Origin: Octopus sinensis
Lineage: Eukaryota
Assembly: GCF_006345805.1 (NCBI RefSeq)
Contig: NC_043008.1
Location: forward strand, 38,626,001-38,690,000
DNA: 64,000 bases
Reading direction: 5' to 3'
Positions 54,280 through 64,000 of the stretch are shown here, piece by piece. The notes beneath the pieces were generated by a model. That model saw only the letters and a list, made by a program, of their open reading frames with translations, was not told where the DNA came from and ran no database searches. Every line of letters begins with the position of its first letter. Positions within the stretch are counted from its first letter, which is position 1. A program made the translations under genes and the position numbers.

Positions 54280-54796
54280 CTTTATGCTACCCTCTCAACT
54301 ACACTTCTTTGTAAAAGGTCACTGAATTCTTATCAGCAAGGCCTATAAATACATGGTCAAACTGGTATATTGGTCCAGAGCCCCTAAAATTAGAAAAAAG
54401 TCTCATAGTTTTTTCCTTAAATTTTGAGAGGATCTCTCTTTTATCCAAGGATCTAACAAAAAAATAAAAGAGAAAAAAGCCCTTGCAAACTATCTCTCAA
54501 AGGCCCTCCTACCTATCAACCTTCATTCTAGATATCAGTATTAACTTTATGCAACCCTCTCAACAACACTTCGTTGTAAAAGGTCACTGAATTCTTATCA
54601 GCAAGGTCTATAAATACAGGGTCAAACTGGTATATTGGTCCAGGGCCCCTAAAATTAGGAAAAGATCTCATAGTTTTTTCTTTAAATTTTGAGAGGATCT
54701 CTCTTTTATCCAAGAATCTAACAAAAAAATAAAAAGGGAAAAAGACCCTTGCAAACTATCTCTCAAAGGCTCTCCTGCCTTATCAGCTTTCATTCA
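54270..54796 (+). repeat. 265-bp tandem duplication (2 copies)
   Basis: TCAGTATTAACTTTATGC at 54270 and 54535. Confidence 0.95.
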
Positions 54797-55679
54797 GCAG
54801 GCTTTAGAAAATTTTGAAAGTGACTAGGAAACATTCTGGAATGGTTTCCTTCACAAAATACTGAAAACAGAGAAACATCATCTTTACAAGTTCTGTAGAG
54901 ACACTTTCCATTTTAATATTGACATATTCAATCAATGTTCTTGTAGTAACATCTAAACAATTTCTCTCATCATCTTCGTCATTCTCATCATCATCATCAT
55001 CATTACTATCATCACCAACCTTACCATTATCAGAAAGATCCAGAGTAATTTCAGATTTTTTTTTCTTTAAAATATACGAATTTTCATATCTAATTGTGTA
55101 CTCTCTCAGAAATGGTCTTATCGTTACATCAGAAAGTATGATGATGTCCACTCAATAAAATGGCTAAAAATGATATCAGCCATTTTGCTTGCTTTTTATT
55201 TTTCTCTTTCTGTTTATTAGGTGTCATATTGGCAAAGTTATTAGAGCTTTGGTTAGAATGCCTCACAGTCTTTGGTTCCATTCTTTGTACTCTGAGCTTA
55301 AATTGAACTAAAATCAACTTTGCTTTGCATCTATTTGAAGCATGATAAAATTGCACCAACTGAAGGTGGTGAAAAGATGAAAAAATATTAGAATATTGAG
55401 AAGGAGATTTTGTAGAATCTACTCTGGGATTTTATATTCCAACAGAAATGCATATGATGACACTGGTGCCAAAATGTATTTTGTTTCTAAGGTGGCAATC
55501 TTTCCCTTGGGATAGCATCAATACTATGGAAGTGGGAAAATATCCATGCGTGAGCAACTGCTAATCGTCCACAAAAATACTTACCTAGACTGTGCATTAC
55601 AGGGGATCAGGTATATTATTCAGTGAAGACACATGACTCAGTGGTTCAGATACTCAGCTCATGTTCTTACAGTTATGAG

Positions 55680-55927
55680 TAATATATTTTAATTCTGAGA
55701 TCATGCATTACAGGGGATCGGGTATATTATTCTGTTTTAGTTGCTGTTCTTGAGCAAGAAATTTTGTCCCACTTCCCAACATGAAATTTCATTTAACATG
55801 TAATACTTAAAAATTATTCCGCAGAATTATCAACTTTTGATTTAAAACTATCATGTTAACCTGTCATGTAGGATTTCAGTTTACAAATATACAGAAATTG
55901 AGAAGAGAATGAATGGAGATATGCAGC
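55680..55927 (+). repeat. Local dispersed duplication of 58080-58203 plus 58558-58666
   Basis: Shared AATATATTTTAATTCTGAGATCAT-like start ... CAGAAATTGAGAAGAGAATGAATGGAGATATGCAGC; the second copy is interrupted by a 354-bp insertion. Confidence 0.9.
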
Positions 55928-56231
55928 ACATTGTGTCCTTAAGCAAGACACTTTATTTCATATTGCTCCAGCTGGCTAAAATGAGTTGTACCTGTAATGC
56001 AAAGGGGGCCAACCATGTCACATTCTGTGTCACGCTGAATACCCCTGAGAACTACATTAAGGATACATGTGTGTGATGTCTCTGGAGTATTCAGCCACTT
56101 GCACATCAATTTCATGATTAGGCTGTTCTGTTGATCAAAACATCTGCAACACTTATTACCATAACCAACAACAGAGTGCCAGATACACTGGTCAGACAAT
56201 GTATCTAGCACTCTGTCGGTTATGGTGAGAT

Positions 56232-56649
56232 AGGGTGGCAAGCTGGCAGAAATGTTAGCATGCCAGGCGAAATGCTTAGCAGTATTTTGTCTGCCGTTAC
56301 ATTCTGAGTTCAAATTCTGCCAAGGTCGACTTTGCCTTTCATCCTTTCAGGGTTGATTAAATAAGTACCAGTTACGCACTGGAGTCGATGTAATCGACTT
56401 AATCCATTTATCTGTCCTTCTTTGTCCTCTCTGTGTTTTGCCCCTTGTGGGTAGTAAAGAAATAGGTATTTCGTCTGCCATTACGTTCTGAGTTCAAATT
56501 CCGCCGAGGTCGACTTTGCTTTCATCCTTTTGAGGTCGATAAATTAAGTACCAGTTACGCACTGGGGTTGATGTAATCGACTTAATCCCTTTGTCTGTCC
56601 TTGTTTGTTCCCTCTATGTTTAGCCCCTTGTGGGCAATAAAGAAATAAG
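56232..56649 (+). mobile_element. Family A SINE dimer
   Basis: Full unit followed by a 5'-truncated unit joined at GGTATT (56465-56470). Confidence 0.9.
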
Positions 56650-57525
56650 ATACACTGGTCAGCCAAACGGACAGAGAACCAGTTTTTTTCTTCATCACAT
56701 AATTATTTTCAGTTTGCCTTCTGATGCTCTTTGCATTTTTAACATTAATTAAATGGATTGATGCAATGAACCCAATTTGTGGAATTTTGTGTTTAGTGTC
56801 TAACTGCTTTGAAGGAGCTTCCTACAAAAATATATATTTAAGGAGAATATAACAATCTATACATAGCTGTATTCTTACAATGATATATTCAAGGAGAGAG
56901 TGAAAGTAATTGTATTGGTGGAACATGACAGAATGTTTATAAGGAAATAATGTAGGAGATTACATTTCCACTAGTTGTGGATTTGGAACTTTAAAATCAT
57001 GTGTATTGTAATATAACATGATTTTATACAGCTCAAATGATGTTGAAAATATATATATCAGGCATTAATTGTGGGGTTATCTGTAATACAATAAGTATGC
57101 TATCCAATGGGAAATGTGTTTCTCATCAACATCAAGTTAAAAATTTTAAAAAAAACGGTGTAAAACATTTGTCCTTTGAAACATTGAGGTTCATGAAAGG
57201 ATTAAATAATTTTTAATGCTTATATAGACCCTTCATTAAACCAAATGCCAAAAGAATTACATCAACTGAAATGTCAGAGTTGGATATCAGTTTGCAATAG
57301 GTTTGACTGTTTTTTTGGAGATTTATAGCAAGACTAAATTTGAAAGTCAAAAATGATCACCACCAACACCGCCATGGCCACCACCTCCATCACCAACACT
57401 ACTACTGCCGCCACCTTCACTACCATCATATTCCATTTATATTTTACAACAGTTATCTACATACTGTTCACTTAGATAATGCTTGCATAGTCAGTAATCT
57501 TGCCTTCTCTTCAATTTTCTCTCAG

Positions 57526-57588
57526 CAGAGAATAAAAGAATCCGAAGAAAACAAAGAAAAAGATAAGGCATTTTTACAATCAGAGAAA
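57526..57588 (+). CDS. Internal coding exon candidate, charged coiled-coil-like peptide QRIKESEENKEKDKAFLQSEK
   Basis: Long pyrimidine tract TTGCCTTCTCTTCAATTTTCTCTCAG| (NAGNAG CAG/CAG), 63 nt, only phase 0 open, donor AAA|GTATGT. Gene not recognised. Confidence 0.55.
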
Positions 57589-58203
57589 GTATGTTGCATG
57601 ATATATAGAAGTTGATTCCAAAATCTCTTTAAAAGGAAAATAATAACCAATTATAGATAAAGAGGTAAGAACTGAATGCTGATATTAGAGAAAAAAGAAA
57701 AAGAGAACACAGGAATGGTTCAAGTGATAATAGACAACAATATTGAGTATAGTGATGTCTTTTTACTTCTTTTCATTTCCAAACCAAAGTATCTTTATAG
57801 TGAGTGCGAGAAGGAGAACGATTCTCTGTGCCATAAACCAATGAACCAGTGTCTGATTCAATAATATAGTAGCAACAAGTACATTCTACCGATAATGGCA
57901 TCGTTGCAGAACTGGAATCTCAAACTATTGCTTGTCATGATCTAGAGAAATATGTAATAGACATTCTAAATTCTTAGAATTCTTTGAATCCTGAGAATTT
58001 TTCTAAATAAATGTCAAACTTGTTATATTTGCTCAAATCGCAAGAAATGCACTGAGCAGCCAGTCAACTAGTTAAATAATAATATATTTTAATTCTGAGA
58101 TCATAGGTTCATATTCTGTTTCAGTTGCTGTTATTGAGTAAGAAATTTTGTCCCACTTTCCCAACATGAAATTTTATTTAACATATAATACTTAAAAATT
58201 ATT

Positions 58204-58557
58204 GTTGTATTTCGGAATGGTCATGTTGCCAGTTTAGCCAATAAAAATACATGCACTATATATTTGGTGTTACTTTGCTTCAGTGTCATTTATTTATTAC
58301 ATTAATCTTAATCCTATTTCGGACAGAGTTCTTTCATCACACTTCTGTGGCCTCATCAGTGGTCCTTTGCTTTCCTCAGCCATTTTGTATAAATAAATAA
58401 AGCTGAAGAAAATTAACACCAAATATATAGTGCATGTGTTTTTATTGGCTAAACTGGCAAAATGACCATTCCTAAATACAACAATATCTGTTTCAACACA
58501 CAATTTCACATCAAGAATCTTGCAAAACAAATATATAAACGTAACTTAAAAATTATT
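58204..58557 (-). mobile_element. Fold-back insertion with ~70-bp inverted arms and a central hammerhead-like core; Penelope-like or retrozyme-like candidate
   Basis: Arms ~58200-58272 and ~58414-58486; minus-strand CTGATGA (58359-58353), bulged stem GG..ACAGA.GT/ACTCTGTCC, GAAA (58320-58317); 14-bp direct repeat ACTTAAAAATTATT at 58190-58203 and 58544-58557. Confidence 0.65.
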
Positions 58558-58683
58558 CTGCAGAATTATCTACTTTTGATTTAAAACTATCATTTTAACC
58601 TGTAATCTAGGATTTCAGTTTACAAATATACAGAAATTGAGAAGAGAATGAATGGAGATATGCAGCCAGTCCAATCTCAACAA

Positions 58684-59383
58684 CAAGAAAGTAAGGTGGT
58701 AGAGGATTATTGAACACAGAAGACGCAGTTAATACTGTGATACTGGGTCTGAAAAATTAAGTTGTTCAGACTAAAGAAAGAATACTATTGGCTGCTAGAG
58801 ATAGCAATCAAAATTATTGAAACAATAAGAAGATTCAAAGAGAAAAGGAAGAACAACAGAGCAAACAAATAGAACTACATGTCTGAGTCATGCAATAAAC
58901 CAAGAATGTTGGAAATAAAGATTATTATCTCTGATTGATGAACAGGAACTTGAAACAAGAGACAAAAATGCTAATTATAGCTTTGCCTTTATTGGCCTTT
59001 AGAACAAAGCAGATAAAGGCAAAGATTGACAAAACCCAGTCAGACAGCAAATGTAGAGTCTGCAGGAAAAAAGTCGAGAGTATCAATCACCTTTATGGAT
59101 AATTCACCTCTGGAAACATGGGTGTTTTGTTCAACATCCTTAACCCTTATTCAGGGACCTTTTAAGCAAGATAAGCTACTAGACAAGGAGAAAATTCTAA
59201 GTGGGTCCCACCTGCAAGGTCTTGCACTGTTTATCTTGATATGAGATCACCATGTCGTGCGCATATGGTTGTGATGGATGTGCCTGGTGTACCCTTATCA
59301 GGCAAGTAGTCATGAGGGGTATACTGGGTTTCGTATATTTTACCCCAGTATTCACCTTGGTGGCATACACTGCTCTCTCACTC

Positions 59384-59423
<40 letters not shown>
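58684..59423 (+). mobile_element. Decayed, internally deleted R4/Dong-type non-LTR element with (AAT)n tail
   Basis: RK*GGRGLLNTEDAVNTVILGLKN (RKEGGRGL-like) and LRTKQIKAKIDKTQSDSKCRVCRKKVESINH (CCHC zinc-knuckle start), then a 3'UTR ending CTCTCTCACTC(AAT)n. Confidence 0.8.
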
Positions 59424-59426
<3 letters not shown>

Positions 59427-59801
59427 TTATTCAAATATATTAACACTTAAAAAATTTGAACACCACACATATTGTGTATACAATACAAATATACATAACA
59501 CATTTGTAAACACATATGTAACAATACATAACAACGTATACACACACATATACATACAGTATGAATAAGCATTCTTTTCTTTTCTTTTATTCTTTTACTT
59601 GTTTCAGTCATTTGACTGCGGCCATGCTGGAGCACCGCCTTTAGTCGAGCACCTCAACCCCGGGACTTATTCTTTGTAAGCCCAGTACTTATTCTATCGG
59701 TCTCTTTTGCCAAACCGCTAAGTAACGGTGACATAAACACACCAGCATCGGTTGTCAAGCAATGCTAGAGGAACAAACACACAAACACACACACACACAC
59801 A

Positions 59802-59843
<42 letters not shown>

Positions 59844-60179
59844 TATACGACGGGCTTCTTTTCAGTTTCCGTCTACCAAATCCACTCACAAGGCATTGGT
59901 CGGCCCGAGGCTATAGTAGAAGACATTTGCCCAAGGTGCCGCGCAGTGGGACTGAACCCGGAACCATGTGGTTGGTAAACAAGATACTTACCACACAGCC
60001 ACTCCTGCGCCTAACATCATAAACACAACCCATAAGTATAGACAATATAAATATATATCAATTCTATTAAATATTTCCATACTTAAAGAAAGAGAAAAGG
60101 AAATCTTGTAATGGTTACTGACAGCAATTAATTTGCCATAAAGAATCAAATCAGAAGCTTTAGGACGTCAAGTTCATAT

Positions 60180-60660
60180 GGTGTTGTTGTTGATGATGAT
60201 GATGATGATTACAATAAGAATAGTGGTGGTGGTCGTGGTGGTTGTGATAATGGTGGTGCTGGTGATGATGACAACAAGGATAATCGTGATAGTGATGGTG
60301 ATGATGACGATGATGATGACGATGATGATGATGATGATGATTATGATAGAGTAGTGGTGTTGGTGGTGGTGGTAGTGACGACAATGACAATAAAGACACT
60401 GATAATGATGACAACAATAACAATACTGACAAAAGGGACAATGACGATGATGATGATGATGATGATTACGATAGAGTAGTGGTGTTGGTGGTGGTGGTGG
60501 TAGTGACGACAAGAATGATAATGATGATGGGGAGGAGGAAGAGGACAACGACAAGAAAGACACTGATAATGATGACAACAACAACGATAATGACAACAAT
60601 GACAATGATGATGATGATGATGATGACGACAACGATGATGATGACGACAATGATGATCTT
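60180..60660. repeat. Compound (GAT)n/(GGT)n/(GAC)n array with an internal ~55-bp duplication
   Basis: GATTA(T/C)GATAGAGTAGTGGTGTTGGTGG..TAGTGACGACAA occurs twice. Confidence 0.9.
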
Positions 60661-61009
60661 GTAATTACCAGAAAGCCAGTAGTTGGCAATTCAAAGAGTT
60701 AATTAACCTTCTAATCTAATATGGCCTTCTCTTCAAATACACAAGCAAATACCTCAGAAGTTGTTTTAGTAATTTTTAACGAAAACCGCAAACATCTATG
60801 AATGAGTCAATGGTTATAAATGAGAAGCTTTCTCTCAGTTCGGTTTTAGATCATGGTTTTACATTTTCTGGTTTGTATTCATTAACTAAGACAGATTAAT
60901 CTCCTCAACTTAAAGGACTAAATTAATCAATGCAAGGCATATATTTCAACAGCTTCAAAGATACTTATACATAAAGACAATAAAATGCGATGAAATAAAT
61001 TAAAATGAA

Positions 61010-61350
61010 ACAAGAGCACACAGAGAGCACAAACCTCCGCCAAAGCAATGCCAACATCTTCTCAATGATTAGCCGGAGATGATTTTTAAAATGAGAACTC
61101 AACTGCTCTCACAAATGAGAATACTGGAAATGAACCCAACCGCTGTCAAAAATTAAGTAAAAAAACAGGAAAAATAATACAGAATCCTTGTCCTGTACCA
61201 GATCGATTCCAAAATCTAATTGGTTCATGTCAGTCACGAGGCCAAACATCCCTGAAAGTTTCATTTGAATACATTCAGTGGTTCTTGAGATATCTTATCC
61301 ACAGACAAACAAACATGACTGAAAACAATACCTCTGCTTTAGATAAGGTA
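61010..61350. mobile_element. Unclassified interspersed repeat, possibly a non-autonomous DNA or Helitron-like element
   Basis: Starts AACAAGAGCAC..ACCTCCGCC and ends AAAACAATACCTCTGCTTTAGATAAGGT (degenerate terminal hairpin). Assignment is from general resemblance only. Confidence 0.3.
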
Positions 61351-61615
61351 CAAGTGTGGTTGTGTGGTTAAGAAGTTTGCTTCCCTACTGCGAGGTTCCA
61401 GGTTCAGTCCCATTGTGTGGCACCTTGAGCAAGTATCTTCTACTATAGTACTATAGCCTCAAACCAACCAAAGCCTTCTGAGTTGATTTGGTAGATGAAG
61501 ACTAAAGGATACCCATCGTGTATGTATATATATATATAATATATATATATATATATTATATATATATATATATATGTGTGTATATATATATATATATATT
61601 ATATATATATATATA

Positions 61616-61706
<91 letters not shown>

Positions 61707-62150
61707 GAAGATACTTGCCCAAGGTGCCACACAGTGGGACTGAGCCCAGGATCATGTAGCTGGTAAGCAAGCTACCTACCACACAGCCACTCCTGCACCT
61801 ATAGAAAATTTCTTGATCGTGGCAAAGGCGGAGCAAGTCCCAACACTTTGCCTCATTCTAAAAATTAGTTTAATATTGATGGCCCCAAATAGAGACCGTA
61901 TCAGATATTAAGCTGATAGGAACAGATACTACAGATAAGCTGATAAGAACAGATAGCCAAAAGACTGTGTGATGTGTCTTTGTGTGTGTGTGTGTGTGTG
62001 TGCTTGTCCCCCCCCCACCATCACTGCTTGACAACCGTTGATGGTGAGCTTATGTCACTGTAACTTAGTAGCTCAGCAAAACAGACTGATAGATTAAGTA
62101 CCAGCCTTTAAAACAAAGCAAATATGTTCTGGGGTCAATTCATTTATTTA
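61351..62150 (+). mobile_element. Family B SINE split in its internal microsatellite by an inverted family B head (61702-61800) and a U2 pseudogene
   Basis: 5' half 61351-61520, (TA)n, minus-strand B head, U2 copy, then B 3' half 61966-62150. Confidence 0.75.
61815..61965 (-). pseudogene. U2: U2 snRNA pseudogene, 3'-truncated, with internal duplication
   Basis: Minus strand: TCTTTTGGCTA..TGTAGTATCTGTTCCTATCAGCTTAATATCTGATACG (branch-point recognition region and stem IIa), stem IIb GGTCTCTATTTGGGGCC, Sm site AATTTTTAG, stem III-like GGGACTTGCTCC..CCACG. AGATCAAG is replaced by a duplicated TCTGTTCTTATCAGCTTA; stem IV is absent. Confidence 0.9.
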
Positions 62151-64000
62151 AACTGATCAAATGACCTGCTACTTTGGTGTTTTTCAGTACCAGTTCCTCA
62201 GACAAGGATAAACTGGGTTTAGTCTATTAAAAAATAATTTCATAGCTGAATTAACATGCTTAGAAACAATAGACAAATATTTATTCAGCTGTGAAATTAT
62301 TTAAAATTTCTTGAAGTTATCTGGCTTTTTCATTCAGAGTTGCTAACAATTATTTCTAGATTATTTTGGCTTTTTTTTTTCTGTCTATGAGAAGAATTTC
62401 AACAAATTAAAAATTCATCATATACCGCATTCAGTATAAACACACATCTGCACATGCACTCATGCACACACTTGCCCACCCACGCACACACTCACACATT
62501 TAGTCACAGACTTCCCAGTCTCATCAACTAATACCCATAGTTATGCCAATAAGTCATTTAGGTGTTGGAGTGGCTGTGTGGTGAGTAGCTGGCTTATGAA
62601 CTACATGGTTTCAGGTTCAGTCTCACTGTGTGGCACCTTGGGCACGTGTCTTCTACTATAGCCTCGGGCCAACCAAAGCCTTGTGAGTAAATTTGGTAGA
62701 TGGAAACTGAAAGAAGCTTGTCGCACATATGTATATATATATGTATGTGTGCGTGTATATGTTTGTGTGTCAGTGTTTATCTCCCCAACATCGCTTGACA
62801 ACTGATGCTGGTGTGTTTACATCCCCCTAACTTAGTGGTTCAGCAAAAGAGACTGATAGAATAAGTACTAGGCTTACAAAGAATAAGTCCTGGGGTCGAT
62901 GTGCTCGACTAAAGACGATGTTCCAGCATAGCCACAGTCAAATGACTGAAACAAGTAAAAGAGTAAAGAGTATGTTATTCTTTTTTAGATCTTTTATGTT
63001 TCAGCTATGCAACAGATAAAGTTGACTGGTCAAGAAATCCACTTGCTAACCACAAGTGTTCAGGTTCAGTCCCACTGCACAGCACCTACCTTGGGCAAGT
63101 GTTTTCTACTACAGTCCTGTACTGACAAAACCCTTGTGAGTGGATTTGGTAGATGGAAACATAAATTAACCTGCTGTTTACATATATATATATATTTTTT
63201 TTTTTGTTCCTTCTCGAGCCATGCCTGGCTCATAAGGGCAGGTCTCCTGGTTTCCTTGGTGCAAAGGTTCCCCACCTGGATGGGACACCAGTCCATCACT
63301 AGTGAGCTGCACGATGCAGGAGGAAAGAGTGAGAGAAAGTTGTGGTGAAAGTGTCAGCAGAATTTCACCATTACCTTCTGTCAGAGCCACGTAGAGCTTA
63401 GGTGTTGCACTCATAAACACACACATTGCCTGGTCTGAGATTCGATGTGATATTTTACTTTCTATGTTCTATGTTATATATTTTAATAATTACTGGTATT
63501 TTATATATATATATGTAAAGCATAATATGTTATACATGTATGTATATTGTTATAATCGTTTTTTTTTTAAATAAATAAATAGATATAATATAATGTCTAA
63601 AAGTTGATGAAGACCACCTCTTGATCCCCTCTATTTTCTTATTGCTGTATAAATTAAGGCTAAAACAACTTTTACTCTCACCCATTTATTACATTCAGTA
63701 GTGTAATTGCAATTTAATGAAAAAACACTTGTGTATTAATAATTGAGTATTCTACCAGCTGTATAATGGATAGATATTAACACTTAGTTGGTGGTTGGAT
63801 TGACAACCTCTAACTTTCTTGGACTTATATATATATATTCAAACACACCTATGCATACATATATGCATATTTAGAAATACACACATACAAACACACACAT
63901 ACACACTCACACACACAAACATACCTGTATACAGTCTGCTTTTAGCAAACTCTGCTGTTTATTTTTGTTGGGTTTTTTTATCTTTCTGTCGTTAAGAACT

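Noticed and set aside
54804-55151. 115-aa minus-strand ORF with an acidic stretch
   Set aside because: The acidic run comes from a (TCA)n microsatellite, no motif was recognised, and the ORF runs into the tandem duplication. A homology search would settle it.
57484-57494. 11-nt match to the miR-153 5' end (TTGCATAGTCA)
   Set aside because: The match stops after 11 nt and there is no precursor hairpin. No other conserved miRNA was recognised in the window.
58619-58690. Exon-like segment (xYKYTEIEKRMNGDMQPVQSQQQE) with donor GTAAGG
   Set aside because: The donor lies in the decayed LINE (RK*GGRGL, a GAA-to-TAA change), and the phase does not join 57526-57588 without extra speculative microexons.

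Overview
AT-rich eukaryotic DNA, very rich in microsatellites. The SINE families and the density of TA, CATA, GATA, AAT and GGT repeats suggest an octopod cephalopod (Octopus-like); this is inference. No complete gene is visible, and nearly all listed ORFs are translations of simple repeats. The window looks intronic or intergenic. It holds dozens of tRNA-derived SINEs (labelled families A, B, C, E here), a (GAT)n-tailed retroposon (family D), decayed RTE and R4/Dong-type LINE ends, several fold-back or TIR elements (piggyBac-like, Kolobok-like, unclassified), local tandem duplications, a rearranged U2 snRNA pseudogene, and a few isolated candidate exons on both strands (best: + strand 57526-57588). 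The most interesting signals are: (1) a structurally complete minimal type I hammerhead ribozyme motif at the centre of an inverted repeat (- strand, 43576-43673), with two degenerate hammerhead-like cores elsewhere, one in a fold-back insertion whose empty site also lies in the window; (2) a consensus recursive-splice-site-like AG|GTAAGT junction followed by a 93-nt segment with stops in all frames (- strand, 25064-25193); (3) a U2/SINE nested or chimeric insertion. All calls are by eye and SINE boundaries are approximate.
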